A stretch of DNA of 64,000 nt from Deltaproteobacteria bacterium (GTDB lineage Bacteria; Myxococcota_A; Polyangia; Polyangiales; Houyiibacteriaceae), in the NCBI GenBank assembly GCA_034670305.1, contig JAXMNT010000008.1, forward strand, positions 147,321-211,320, written 5' to 3'. The notes beneath the pieces were generated by a model that saw nothing but the letters and a program-made list of their open reading frames with translations, did no database searches and had not been told where the DNA came from. Positions 50,740 through 61,113 of the stretch are shown here, piece after piece. The position numbers and the translations under genes were made by a program. Numbering within the stretch: position 1 is the first letter of the stretch; each line of letters starts with the position of its first letter.

Positions 50740-52557
50740 TTAGAACTCTGCGTCGGGGACCAGGATGCGGGCGGCGAACGGCGCGACTTCGACGTCGAGG
50801 GTGCCGTCGGCGGCGACGGTGAAGCGGTCTCCGCTGAGGACATCCGCCAAGACACTTCCGGGCGCGGCGGTGACCGTCATGACCGTGCCTTCGAACGCGG
50901 TGCGGCTCGGGTGGTTGCCTTGGGCGTTGATGACGACGAGCGCGTAGCTCGCGCCGCTGACGCGCTCGAAGCCGACGATGCCCGCGTCGCTCTCGTCGGC
51001 GACTCGGTCGGTGGTCCAGGTGAGGGACATGGTGCCGCGCCGAAGCGCTTCGTATTGGCGGCGCGCGGCGTTGAGCTGCGCGACGTAGCGGAAGGTCTCG
51101 CCGTCGGTCCGGTACTCACTCCACCAGAGCGGCTCGCGGTTCGACGGATCGTTGCCGCCCGCGAACTCTTGTTCGGTGCCGTAGTAGAGGCAGGGGATGC
51201 CGTCTTCGGTGAGCAGGTAGGCGAGCGCGGCGCGGAGCGCGCGGGGGTCGGAGTTGCGCCACATGAAGCGGGGCACGTCGTGGTTGTCGATGAAGTTCAC
51301 GAGCGCCTGGGCGGGCGCGACTTCGATGCCGAGCGGCTGCGCTTCGGTGCCGTAGTTGACCGCGCGCTGGTCGAGCAGGCGCTGGATGTTGGAGGTCGGT
51401 CCGCCGTTCGCGAAGACGTCGTCGAACACCTGGAACTTCTGGGGGAAGTAGAAGACCGAGTCGAGCTCGCCCGGGAGCGTGTAGCTGCCGACGAGCGCGT
51501 CGTCGCCATCGAACGCTTCGCCGAACATCAGGAACCGTTCTTTGCCGGCGGCGGCCAACCGTTCACGCACGCGCCGGGAGAAGTCGACCCAGAACTCGTG
51601 TTCGATGTGTTTGATCGTGTCGATGCGGAAGCCGTCGAGATCGAGCTTGAGCACCCAGTCCGAGTAGACGCGGACCATCTCGTCGCGCACCGCGGGGTTC
51701 TCGGTGTTCACGTCTTTGAGGCCGCCGGGGAAGTCGCCGTAGACGACCTGCTCGCGGTTGTTCCAGTCGGTGACTTTGCCGCGCAGGTTGTACGCCTCGC
51801 GGCGCTGAAAGATCGCGGGCTCCGGCGGCACGCGGAAGAGCTCCGGCATGTCGAAGAACTCGATCGGCGACGGGCCGCTCTCGCCAAGAGAAGTGAGCCC
51901 CTGAACGCCGCGCGGGTCGTAGTCCGGGTCGTACTCGGTGATGCGGGTGACCGGGGAACCGGGCGGTGCGGTCGGGTCGCCGGGGTTCGTCGGGAACCCG
52001 CCGCTCACCGACTCGTCGGGCAGGCCGTTCTGGTTGATGTCGTAGAAGAACACCTGGCCCATGTGGTTCGTGACGATGTCGAGCACGACCTTGATGCCGC
52101 GGTCGTGGCACGCGCGGATCATGTGGCGGAGCGCAGCGAGGTCCCCGAAGTGCGGGTTCAGCCGCTCGAGGTCGACCGCCCAGTAGCCGTGGTAGCCGTC
52201 GACGCCCGCGTCGGTGTCGACGTTGCGAATGATCGGGCTGATCCAAAGCGTCGTGACACCGAGCGCTTCGATGTAGTCGAGCTGGTCGGTGATGCCCTGC
52301 CAGTCGCCGCCTTTGAACCGCGCGAGCGAGCTCGGCGAGGGGTCGAGACGGAAGTCGTTGCCGGGGCTGCCGTTGGCGAACCGGTCCACGATGATCTGGT
52401 ACATGATCTCGTCGCGCCAGTCGTCCACCTGGGAGGTGACCTCGGTCTCGCGCACGTCGTCGAGCACCCCGTCGACGCACCCGGCGGCGCTGCCGACGAA
52501 TGCACAAAGGAACGCGAAGCGGCTCAGTTGCCGTAGCTGCTGCTGTCGAACCACCAT
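50740..52557 (-). CDS. GH13 alpha-amylase family lipoprotein
   Basis: YQIIVDRF, GGDWQG, YHGYW, DIVTNH, DGFRIDTIKH, FGEAF, FIDNHD, YYGTEQ. Confidence 0.92.
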   Translation of the reverse strand: MVVRQQQLRQLSRFAFLCAFVGSAAGCVDGVLDDVRETEVTSQVDDWRDEIMYQIIVDRFANGSPGNDFRLDPSPSSLARFKGGDWQGITDQLDYIEALGVTTLWISPIIRNVDTDAGVDGYHGYWAVDLERLNPHFGDLAALRHMIRACHDRGIKVVLDIVTNHMGQVFFYDINQNGLPDESVSGGFPTNPGDPTAPPGSPVTRITEYDPDYDPRGVQGLTSLGESGPSPIEFFDMPELFRVPPEPAIFQRREAYNLRGKVTDWNNREQVVYGDFPGGLKDVNTENPAVRDEMVRVYSDWVLKLDLDGFRIDTIKHIEHEFWVDFSRRVRERLAAAGKERFLMFGEAFDGDDALVGSYTLPGELDSVFYFPQKFQVFDDVFANGGPTSNIQRLLDQRAVNYGTEAQPLGIEVAPAQALVNFIDNHDVPRFMWRNSDPRALRAALAYLLTEDGIPCLYYGTEQEFAGGNDPSNREPLWWSEYRTDGETFRYVAQLNAARRQYEALRRGTMSLTWTTDRVADESDAGIVGFERVSGASYALVVINAQGNHPSRTAFEGTVMTVTAAPGSVLADVLSGDRFTVAADGTLDVEVAPFAARILVPDAEF

Positions 52558-54170
52558 TCGGCTCCAATCCCCAGAAAGTGTTCCACGGAATTGCGGGAGC
52601 GCGGGTCCTCGTCTGGGTAGAGGCCCTGCGCGTCGTCGTCACGCAACGTGATCGAGTAGATGAGTCGAAGGTGCGGGCGGGTGTAGGTGCCGCGTCCGAA
52701 GGGGCTGTAGAACGGGATGAACCCGATCTTGGTCACGCCGCCCCGCACGACGTCGCCGGTGCGTTCGTCGAGCGCGCTCGTTTGCAGCGCCTGGTAGGAG
52801 AGATCGAGGCTCAGCCCGGCGCGCTCGCCGATCCACACGTGCGGGCGCACGTTCACCGCGCCTTCGGCCAGATGACTGCGGGCGAAGACGCTCGGATCCG
52901 CGTCGCGGAAGTTGCGGTAGTAGGCGCCGAACTGGACGCCGACTGGGCCGCGTTCGAGGTTGGCGCTCAAGCCGAGGAGCGCTTCGCGGGCGCGCGCGGT
53001 GTCGTGCACGGTGCCTTCGCGGAACGGCACCCCGAGCGGGTTGTAGACCGCGAGGCCGCGCGCGTAGCGGAAGAAGAGGTTCACGAAGGTCCGCGTCGTC
53101 GACTGGTAGAGCCCAAACTGTCCGCCGATCACGTAGCCGGAGTCGTAGGGCAGGTCTTCCGAGATCCCGACTTCGACTTCCCGCGTGCCCGAGCGGAGGA
53201 AGTGGCCCTCGCCGTAGAGGATGAGTTTGGCGCCGGTCGACGCGCTGCGGCCGAAGAGGTGGTAGGTCGCCTTGGCCGCGAGCGTGATGCGCGGGCGGTC
53301 GAGCACGACGACCTCTTCCGGCAAGAAGCCGCCGTTCGGGATCGCGCCGGAGGTCTGCCGGTGAAAGGGATCGTCCGGTCGGGTGAGGCCGACCGCGAGG
53401 GCGAGGTCCGCCGCGTCCGCGATGCGGTAGCCGGCGCCGCCGCCGATGATGTTGAGGTTGTCGAGCGGCCAGAAGTTGAGCAGGTAGATGTCGTCGCCGC
53501 GCCACATGCGCGAGCCGGCCCAGAGATCCATTCCGTCGAGCAGTGCGTTGCGGACTTCGGCGAAGAGGTTCCGGACCGCGATGGACTCGTCGAAGTTGCC
53601 GTCGAGGTGGAAGAAGGGGCCGCCGAACGCGACGGTCGCGACGACCTTGCTCGAGAGCCCGCTCTGCCACTGGTCTTCGCGCCGGAGCTCGAGCTCGAAA
53701 TACACGCCTTCGTCGATGCGCGGCCCGAACCCAACGATGTCCGCGTCGCGCCCGAGCCCGCCGTCGAGGTTGCCCGCCGCGACCACGCGGCCATACGAAC
53801 CGAAGGAGAAGCCGGAGCGCTCCGGGTTGGCTGGGTCGTCCTCGTCGGAGTCAGAAGCAGACCCAGCGGCAGAATCAGAGTCAGCGGCAGCGGCAGCGGC
53901 AGAGTCAGCAACAGCGGCAGAGTCAGCAACAGCGGCAGAGTCAGCAACAGCCGCGGCGTCAGCAACAGCCGCGGCGTCGGCGTCGGCATTGGCATCGGCT
54001 TCTGCGTCGGCGTCGGCGTCGCCTTCGGCTTCGGCGTCGGCTTCGGGATCGACTTGGGACCCGGAAGCGGATCCCGCCTCCCGCTCATACCAAGCCGCAT
54101 CCTGCGCTTCGGCTCCCGCCAAACCGCCGACCCACAGCACCACCAAAACCGTAACCCTCAACTGAGTCAC
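52524..54170 (-). CDS. Carbohydrate porin (LamB/maltoporin-like) with Ala/Asp repeat insert
   Basis: FGSYGR, YFELEL, WAGSRMWRGDDIYLLNFWPLD, terminal GAEWWF; adjacent to the amylase. Confidence 0.75.
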   Translation of the reverse strand: MTQLRVTVLVVLWVGGLAGAEAQDAAWYEREAGSASGSQVDPEADAEAEGDADADAEADANADADAAAVADAAAVADSAAVADSAAVADSAAAAAADSDSAAGSASDSDEDDPANPERSGFSFGSYGRVVAAGNLDGGLGRDADIVGFGPRIDEGVYFELELRREDQWQSGLSSKVVATVAFGGPFFHLDGNFDESIAVRNLFAEVRNALLDGMDLWAGSRMWRGDDIYLLNFWPLDNLNIIGGGAGYRIADAADLALAVGLTRPDDPFHRQTSGAIPNGGFLPEEVVVLDRPRITLAAKATYHLFGRSASTGAKLILYGEGHFLRSGTREVEVGISEDLPYDSGYVIGGQFGLYQSTTRTFVNLFFRYARGLAVYNPLGVPFREGTVHDTARAREALLGLSANLERGPVGVQFGAYYRNFRDADPSVFARSHLAEGAVNVRPHVWIGERAGLSLDLSYQALQTSALDERTGDVVRGGVTKIGFIPFYSPFGRGTYTRPHLRLIYSITLRDDDAQGLYPDEDPRSRNSVEHFLGIGAEWWFDSSSYGN

Positions 54171-54381
54171 GCGCGCACCCTACCCCATTTCCCAGAATTG
54201 ACGAACCAAACCCTGGATCCCGTCGAATCACTGGCGAGCGTGCACGAAAAGCGGCGGCCGGAGGAAAACGAAAAAACTCTGTCACCAGATCGGAGGTCGT
54301 CGCGTTGAGCGGATGAACCGGGTCGAACGACCCCCTACGACGGTCCTTCCGAGGACCCACGCCACCCGAGGATCCTCCATC

Positions 54382-56796
54382 ATGCTCAGCGACCTTTCCA
54401 TGTCCGTCTCCGCCCACTCCGAGCGCGCCCCGAACCCGGGTGCCCGCCTGGTCGACCCCACCGGCCGCGTGCTTCCGCTCCGCCAGTCCCACCTCGACGC
54501 CGAAGCGGTCGGTGGACTGTGCCGGGTGGTGCTCACCCAGACCTTCACGAACCCCTACGACGAGCCGCTCTGCGTCACCTACCACCTGCCGCTGCCGGCC
54601 GACGGGGCGGTGTCCGGGTTCTCGTTCACGCTCGGTGAGACCCGCGTGGAGGGCGAGCTCAAGCGGCGCGCCGCGGCGCGCAAGGCGTTCGAGACCGCCA
54701 TCTCCAATGGTCAGACCGCCGCGCTCCTCGAAGAAGACACGAGCGCGCTCTTCACCCAAGAGGTCGGCAACGTGCCACCGCACGAGACCATCGTGGTGGA
54801 GATCCTCGTCGACCAGCCGCTTCACTGGTCGGAGGCCGGATCGAAACACGACGCAGGCTGGGAGTGGCGCTTCCCGACCGTCGTCGGTCCGCGCTACTTC
54901 GGTGGCGAAGGACAACCGGCGCCGAGCCACACCCTCGACGTCTCCACGGTCGATACGGCTGCGTTTGGAAAAGACAACACCGCTCGATCGAGTCTGTCAC
55001 TTCGAGTGCTCGACACCTGCACCGGCGATGCCGCGTCTTCCTCGCACCGGATCCGATGCACCGATGACGAGATCCACTTCACCGACGCGCGGCTCGACCG
55101 GGACATCGTCGTGCGCTGGCCGGTCGGCACCCCGGACGTCGGTGCCTCGCTGAGCGTGGCCCGCATCGCGACCTCCGAAGGCGCGGAGACCGTCGGCGTG
55201 CTCACGCTCGTCCCGCCGACGGGGCCGTCGACGCCGGTGCCGCGCGACGTCATTCTCTTGCTCGACACCTCCGGCTCCATGAGCGGCGAACCTCTCGCGC
55301 AGCTCAAGCGCATGACGCTCGCGCTCATCGACTCCCTTGGCGCCGAAGACCGCCTCGAGATGATCGAGTTCTCGAACCGGCCGAGCCGCTTTCAACGCGA
55401 ACCGATCGCGACCTCGAAGTCCGGCAAACGTTCCGCGTCCAAGTGGGTGCGTGGCCTCAAGGCGAGCGGCGGCACCGAGATGCTCCGCGGCGTGCATGAA
55501 GCGCTGCGGCCACTGCGCGACGAAGCACAGCGCCAGGTGGTGCTCATCACCGACGGGTTCATCGGCAACGAAGACCAGCTGGTCAAACCCTTGCTCGATG
55601 GGCTGCCGAGCGGCTCGCGGCTGCATGTGGTCGGCGTCGGAGCCGCGCCGAACCGGGCGCTCACCCGCACCGCCGCGCGGGCCGGCCGAGGCAGCGAACT
55701 CTTTCTCGACCACGGCCAGGACGTGGAACCGGTGGTCGAGAAACTCATCGCGCGCACCGCGCATCCGGTGGTCACCGATCTGGTGATCGACGGCGACGCG
55801 GTGCTCGATGTCGCGCCGCGGATCCTGCCGGACCTGCACAGCGCGACCCCAGTGCGCGTCGGGCTTCGGCTCGGCACGGGCAGCGTGCGCGTGCGTGGGC
55901 GCACGGCGGACGGCGTCTTCGAAGAGACGCTGGTCGTCGGCGACCTCGCGCTCGGCGAAGGGGTCGAGGCGCTCTCGACCTACTTCGCGCGCGAACGGGT
56001 CACGGACCTCGAGATGGAACGGTGCTGCGCGCAGGACAAGAAGCGCTTCGACACCGAGATCGAAGAGGTCGCGCTCCGGCACCGCATCGCGAGCCGGCTG
56101 ACCTCGTGGGTGGCCGTCACCGAGAAGATCACCGTCGAGAAGGGTCCGAAGCGTCACGAACAGCAGCCGCATCTTTTGCCGGCCGGCATGTCGATCGCCG
56201 GGCTCGGGCTGCGCGAGGCGGCGAGCGGCGCGCGGACCCAGACCGGGACCATCAAAGGCGGGGTGACGCTCGAGTCGTTGCTCGCCGCACAGGCGAAGCT
56301 GTCTGGACGCGCCGTGATGCACGAGTCGTCGGATGCGAACGATGCGTTTGGGGAGATGGACGACGTCGATGAAGAGATGGCCACCAGCGCGCTGATTCCG
56401 ACCCGCGAGTTGATGGTCATGGAAGAAGCACGGCAAGAAGAAGCGCCGGCCGAACAGCGGGGCGAGGCGAAAGCCGAGTTCGCCAAGGGCAAGCGCGCCG
56501 GAGCCAAGCGGAGGTCCCGCGCCGACGTCGCGTCGACGACCACGTCGAATGCACCTGCGAAAGAAGCGGCTCCTTCCCCCGGCGCGCCCTCCCCCATGTC
56601 GCCGGCGATGGACCGGCGGATGACCGGAACGGGTCGTTGCCGGCCGGTCTGGCCGCGGGTGGTCTTCTGGACCCTGGTGTTGCTCAGCATCGCCGCGCTG
56701 ATCTACTGGTTCTCCAGTCGGCCGGCGGCGCCCCCATCCGACACCGGAACCGATGCCCCGACCGAGCAGGTGCAAGGGGCCCCGACGACGCGATGA
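54382..56796 (+). CDS. VIT + von Willebrand A domain protein with C-terminal TM
   Basis: QTFTNPYDEPL..YHLPLPADGAV VIT domain, DTSGS MIDAS motif, ITDG; start uncertain. Confidence 0.85.
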   Translation: MLSDLSMSVSAHSERAPNPGARLVDPTGRVLPLRQSHLDAEAVGGLCRVVLTQTFTNPYDEPLCVTYHLPLPADGAVSGFSFTLGETRVEGELKRRAAARKAFETAISNGQTAALLEEDTSALFTQEVGNVPPHETIVVEILVDQPLHWSEAGSKHDAGWEWRFPTVVGPRYFGGEGQPAPSHTLDVSTVDTAAFGKDNTARSSLSLRVLDTCTGDAASSSHRIRCTDDEIHFTDARLDRDIVVRWPVGTPDVGASLSVARIATSEGAETVGVLTLVPPTGPSTPVPRDVILLLDTSGSMSGEPLAQLKRMTLALIDSLGAEDRLEMIEFSNRPSRFQREPIATSKSGKRSASKWVRGLKASGGTEMLRGVHEALRPLRDEAQRQVVLITDGFIGNEDQLVKPLLDGLPSGSRLHVVGVGAAPNRALTRTAARAGRGSELFLDHGQDVEPVVEKLIARTAHPVVTDLVIDGDAVLDVAPRILPDLHSATPVRVGLRLGTGSVRVRGRTADGVFEETLVVGDLALGEGVEALSTYFARERVTDLEMERCCAQDKKRFDTEIEEVALRHRIASRLTSWVAVTEKITVEKGPKRHEQQPHLLPAGMSIAGLGLREAASGARTQTGTIKGGVTLESLLAAQAKLSGRAVMHESSDANDAFGEMDDVDEEMATSALIPTRELMVMEEARQEEAPAEQRGEAKAEFAKGKRAGAKRRSRADVASTTTSNAPAKEAAPSPGAPSPMSPAMDRRMTGTGRCRPVWPRVVFWTLVLLSIAALIYWFSSRPAAPPSDTGTDAPTEQVQGAPTTR

Positions 56797-57368
56797 CCGA
56801 CCTCGACCACCACGTGCTGAACATCATGATGGGCGACGCCGATGCGTTCGGTGCGTGGTTGTCGGACGGAGCGGAGTACGCGCTTCGCCGCGCGCTCACC
56901 CGGTACGCGACTTCGGTCGATGTGGAAGCGGTGTTGCAAGAGGCGCTGCTTCGGGTCTGGCAAGTCGCGCCCCGGTTCGAGCCGGACGGAAAACCGAACT
57001 CCTTGCTTCGGTTCGCCCACACGGTCGCGCGCAACCTGGCCCTGAGTGAAGCGAGGCGGCATGCCCCGGCCCTGCGTCTGCAGGGTCGGGGCGCGCCGCC
57101 TTCGGGCGAGGAGGTGCCGATCGAGCCGGCGCTCCCGGACCCGCACCTTCGGGCCGCGCTCGAGCGTTGCCGGGAGAAGCTCCCGGAGGCGCCGCGGGTG
57201 GCTTTCGACGCGCGGCTGGCCGCCGGAGGCCACGAGAGCGACGGATCGATCGCGGAGCGCCTGGGCCTTCGCAAGAACACGTTGCTGAAGCGCTTCGGCC
57301 GCGCCCGCGCGCTGCTGCTGGCGTGCCTCGAGAAGGCCGGCGTCTCGATTCAGGAGGAGCTGGCGTGA
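56793..57368 (+). CDS. ECF-type RNA polymerase sigma factor
   Basis: DVEAVLQEALLRVW, ARNLA (region 2); IAERLGLRKNT..RARALL (region 4). Confidence 0.8.
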   Translation: MTDLDHHVLNIMMGDADAFGAWLSDGAEYALRRALTRYATSVDVEAVLQEALLRVWQVAPRFEPDGKPNSLLRFAHTVARNLALSEARRHAPALRLQGRGAPPSGEEVPIEPALPDPHLRAALERCREKLPEAPRVAFDARLAAGGHESDGSIAERLGLRKNTLLKRFGRARALLLACLEKAGVSIQEELA

Positions 57369-57586
57369 CCGACGAAGAACTCATCGAAGAACTCGCTGGT
57401 GCCCACCGCACATCGGCAGACGACGTGCGGTTTCACCCAGCGTTCTACGATCTCGACGAAGCGGGGCGGCTGGAAGCGCACCGGCGCGCGCTCGTGCTGC
57501 GACAGTTGGAAGCCGCCGTCGATCCAGACGGTCGCTCGACCACGGTGCACGCGGTCTTGGCCCGCATTCGGGACGCCGGGGGCTGA
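57365..57586 (+). CDS. Small hypothetical protein coupled to the ECF sigma gene
   Basis: GGAGGAG RBS, GTGA overlap, 73 aa with HPAFYDL. Confidence 0.65.
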   Translation: MTDEELIEELAGAHRTSADDVRFHPAFYDLDEAGRLEAHRRALVLRQLEAAVDPDGRSTTVHAVLARIRDAGG

Positions 57587-57599
57587 GCGAGGAAGCCGA

Positions 57600-57866
57600 C
57601 CCGTGCCCGTGCCCGTGCCCGTGCCCGATTCCCTGTTCCCAAGCCGAAGCGACCCGTGCCCGTGCCCGTGCCCGTGCCCGTGCCCGATTTCAGAAGCCGG
57701 GTTCGAAGCCGACCCCAAAGCCGAAGCCGAATCCGAAGCCGAATCCGAAGCCGAATCCGAATCCGAAGCCGAATCCGAATCCGAATCCGAATCCGAAGCC
57801 GAAGCCGAATCCGAACTCGACCCCGAAACCGAATCCGATCCCGAAGCCGATCCCGAACCCGAACCC
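57600..57866 (+). repeat. (CCCGTG)4, (CCCGTG)5 and (CCGAAT/CCGAAG)n arrays
   Basis: Read directly; lies between convergent genes. Confidence 0.9.
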
Positions 57867-57875
57867 GCGGCCCGT

Positions 57876-59054
57876 TCACTCCTCGAGCAGGAAGCGCTGG
57901 GCGCGCTCGTCGCCGGACTCGACGAAGAAGGTGGTGAGTCCGAGGATCCCCACCGACGCGGTGCCCGACGCGATCGCCAGGCCTGCGTTCCGCTGCAGGT
58001 GCTCGGTGCCGATGAGCACCGAGAGCACCACCGTCGCGACCAAGTTCACGATGCCGTAGACGCCGCCGATGAGGCGCCGGCGCCGTCCGCGGCGCGCGGC
58101 TTCGGTGAGCTCGCCCTCGAACGCCGAGAGCGATGCCGCGTGGATGCCCGCGCGGCGCGCGTCCCGAAACCGATCGAGCCGGTCGAGCGCGTCCCGCTCC
58201 GAACGCGGCGACTTGAAGGCGCGCCACGACATGTACGTCAGCGTCGCCGCCCCGACGAGACACCCAAGCCCCACGCCCCACCCCACCGCGCCCTCGGGCG
58301 GGATCAGGTAGTGGGCGGCGCAGATGCCTTCGAAGATCGCGACCAACATCGACCGCGTCGCGGACAAGAACGACACCGGATCGAAGAGCAACGCGCTCCG
58401 CTCCAACGCGAGCAACATGCGGTCCGAACGTTCGTCGAGGGTGACGCCGAGCGGCACACGGCCTGGGGCTGTCGCAGCGTCAGCGTCAGCGTCAGTCACA
58501 GCGACAGCATCAGCGTCAGCGTCAGCGTCAGCATCAGCGACAGCATCAGCATCAGCATCAGCGTCAGCGACAGCGACAGCGACAGCATCAGCATCACCGA
58601 CAGCGACAGCGACAGCGACAGCATCAGCATCAGCATCAGCATCAGCATCAGCATCAGCGACAGCGACAGCGTCGGCGTCAGCGTCGGCGTCGGCGTCGGC
58701 TTCGGCGTCGGCTTCGGCGTCGGCTTCGGCTTCGGCGTCGGCGTCGGCGTCGGAATCGGCTTCGGAATCGGCTTCGGCTTCGGCTTCGGCGTCGGCGTCG
58801 GCTTCGGCTTCGGTATCGGCTTCGGCTTCGGCGTCGGCTTCGCCGTCGGCTTCGGCTTCCGCTCCCGCTTCCGCTCCCGCGCCCGCTTCCGCTTCCGCTT
58901 CCGCTCCCGCGCCCGCTTCCGCTTCCGCGCCCGCGTCCGCTTCCGCGCCCGCTTCCGCGCCCGCCGCCACGGTGCCCTGCGCCGCTCCCCGCCCGATCGG
59001 CAAGAGCAACGAACCACACAGCACGGCGAGCAACATCTTCACGGCGGCGACCAT
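57876..59054 (-). CDS. Exported/membrane hypothetical protein with long Ala-Asp/Glu repeat
   Basis: Signal-like N-terminus, repeat tract at about 58473-58965, then several TM segments. Confidence 0.5.
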   Translation of the reverse strand: MVAAVKMLLAVLCGSLLLPIGRGAAQGTVAAGAEAGAEADAGAEAEAGAGAEAEAEAGAGAEAGAEAEADGEADAEAEADTEAEADADAEAEAEADSEADSDADADAEAEADAEADAEADADADADADAVAVADADADADADADAVAVAVAVGDADAVAVAVADADADADAVADADADADADAVAVTDADADAATAPGRVPLGVTLDERSDRMLLALERSALLFDPVSFLSATRSMLVAIFEGICAAHYLIPPEGAVGWGVGLGCLVGAATLTYMSWRAFKSPRSERDALDRLDRFRDARRAGIHAASLSAFEGELTEAARRGRRRRLIGGVYGIVNLVATVVLSVLIGTEHLQRNAGLAIASGTASVGILGLTTFFVESGDERAQRFLLEE

Positions 59055-59109
59055 GACCCGGGCGGGCGCACGACCGCAACCGGCCGTGTCGTCCGGACCG
59101 GAGACGAAG

Positions 59110-59751
59110 TCAGAGTTCGAAGGTGCGGCGGCGCTCGGCGGCGGACCAGGTGCGGTCGCGCACATCGAAGAACTCGGTCCGGGTCACGTCTCCGCTCGCT
59201 TCGACCATCTCCATCCGCGTCACCCGGTTGCCTCGGCCGACGAGCACCATACGGGTGAGGAACTGGTCGAGCGGCGCACCCCGCGGGCGGAGCTCCAACG
59301 ACCACTCGGCGCCTTCGCTCGTGAGCCGCACCTGGTACGCGCGCTCGAGCGCAGCGCGGTCGCCGGCCAGCACGTGGCGGAAGCTGTCGACGAAGCCGGA
59401 GACGACCGGGTTGCCGCTGAGATCGATCTCCTGGCGGCGACCGCCCGACACCATCACCAGCCGGCCGCGCGCGATGAGCGCGGTCGACGCGACTGGCGCG
59501 GTCACCCGGCGCACGAGCAGGCCCGGCTGGGCGAAGTGGATCTCGCCTTCGCTGCGGATCGGCACCGCGAGCAGCGCGACGCTCTTCTCTTCGCGGAACT
59601 TCGCCGAGAGCCCGGACATGCCTCGGAAACCCTGCAAGAGCGCGTCGAGGTCGGCCGGTGCCTGAGCGTCTTGCGCCCGCACGCCGTTGCCGGTCGGAGG
59701 CGTCCAGATGCAGAGGCTAAGGAGCAGTACGAATGCGGTTCGCGATCGCAT
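59110..59751 (-). CDS. LolA-like outer-membrane lipoprotein carrier
   Basis: Signal peptide, FREEK..L..P..SEG, WSLELRP, EASGD.T pattern. Confidence 0.8.
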   Translation of the reverse strand: MRSRTAFVLLLSLCIWTPPTGNGVRAQDAQAPADLDALLQGFRGMSGLSAKFREEKSVALLAVPIRSEGEIHFAQPGLLVRRVTAPVASTALIARGRLVMVSGGRRQEIDLSGNPVVSGFVDSFRHVLAGDRAALERAYQVRLTSEGAEWSLELRPRGAPLDQFLTRMVLVGRGNRVTRMEMVEASGDVTRTEFFDVRDRTWSAAERRRTFEL

Positions 59752-60154
59752 CGGGGGTCTCCATCAAGAGGGTCTCGTCGGGGGTGGTCGCGACCAGGGT
59801 CGTCCAGGCGCGGGCCGCGCGGCGGTCGTGGTCGAGGTTGTGCACGTGGTAGGCGACCCTGAGGCGCTGCTCGTAGTCCTGGAACCAGGCGGTCACACGG
59901 AGGGTCTCGCCCATGCGCAGCGGAAACGAGTGGCGGCAGCGGCTCTCCATGATCACGAGCCGGATCTCGTTCTTCTGGAAGAACGCGACGTCGATGCCCA
60001 GGCCTTCGAAGAGCACGGTCCGCGCGATCTCGAGGTACTTGTAGTAGTGGCCGTGCCAGACGATCCCGAGCGGATCGCAGTCGTGCAACGGCACCCGCTG
60101 TTCGTACACGGCCTCATGGCGGGGTTGGACGTCGCCCGGGGTCTCGTTGTTCAT
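59717..60154 (-). CDS. Acyl-CoA/ACP thioesterase (4HBT family)
   Basis: DCDPLGIVWHGHYYKYLEIAR motif. Confidence 0.88.
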   Translation of the reverse strand: MNNETPGDVQPRHEAVYEQRVPLHDCDPLGIVWHGHYYKYLEIARTVLFEGLGIDVAFFQKNEIRLVIMESRCRHSFPLRMGETLRVTAWFQDYEQRLRVAYHVHNLDHDRRAARAWTTLVATTPDETLLMETPDAIANRIRTAP

Positions 60155-61113
60155 TCCGGCGGCACACTCTCTGGCCCTTGGCTCGGAGCCCAGAAATCAT
60201 AGAAGTTGAACCAGTTCTCGGGAGCCTCACGAAGCAACGCCGCCACCTGGTCCGCATACTGCTGGGCGTACGCTGCCACACCCGACGCCCGATCGCCGCG
60301 CGGCAGCTTGATCTTGTCCGCGAACGGCACGCAGTACAGCTCGTACCGGTTGCCGCCGCGGTAGATCCCCGCGGTGAAGTAGACCGGGCACCGAAGCATC
60401 GACGCCAAGATGTAGGGGCCGGCAGGCAGTTCGGCCTTGCCGCCCAGAAAGTCCACCGTGACGGTCTTGGCGCCTGGATGGATTCGGTCTGCGAGAATGG
60501 CGACCAGCGCTCCGTCCCCGAGCTTCTCGCGGATCTTCAACATGAACTGCATGTTGCCGCCGTCGCCGATCTCGATGAGGCGTACCGAAGAGCTCGGGTC
60601 GAGCGCTTCGAGCACGTCGTTGATGCGGCGCGCGTTCTTCGTGTAGACGACCGGGTGCAGCGGAAGCGACGCGGCAGCGCTCTTGCCGCGCATCGCGTAG
60701 AAGCTGCCGAGGTGCGCGCCGAGGAGGATCGCACTCTGCCCGCTGTCGCGCAGCGCTACGAGGTGGTCGTGCCCGTTGCGCGTGACATCGAACTTCGAGC
60801 TGCGTCCACGAAGGAAGAAGAGCGCGTCGAGCGCGGTTTGGGAGAATCGGAGGATGTGGAGGTACGCCTTCCAGAAGCCCGTCTCCAATCCGAGTCGTCG
60901 GCGCACATCGTGGACCGAGCGGCGCGCGCGGCCTGAGAAGAGCGTGTAGTAGAAGGCCACGAAGACGAGCACGAAGCGGGCAGGCCACCGGCCGAACATC
61001 GTGGTGAAAACGACGAGCGCTTTGATCGCGAAGACCGACCCCCGCTCGCCGGCGGAGCGCCACTCCGGGTCCTTCGGCGTGGCGGCTGTGGCTTCTTCGG
61101 TCGGTTCCGTCAT
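60151..61113 (-). CDS. LpxL-like acyltransferase (aryl-polyene-cluster type)
   Basis: W...ERGS N-terminus, AHLGSF, LADR, FLG..GPY, PENWFNFYDFW. Confidence 0.82.
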   Translation of the reverse strand: MTEPTEEATAATPKDPEWRSAGERGSVFAIKALVVFTTMFGRWPARFVLVFVAFYYTLFSGRARRSVHDVRRRLGLETGFWKAYLHILRFSQTALDALFFLRGRSSKFDVTRNGHDHLVALRDSGQSAILLGAHLGSFYAMRGKSAAASLPLHPVVYTKNARRINDVLEALDPSSSVRLIEIGDGGNMQFMLKIREKLGDGALVAILADRIHPGAKTVTVDFLGGKAELPAGPYILASMLRCPVYFTAGIYRGGNRYELYCVPFADKIKLPRGDRASGVAAYAQQYADQVAALLREAPENWFNFYDFWAPSQGPESVPPE

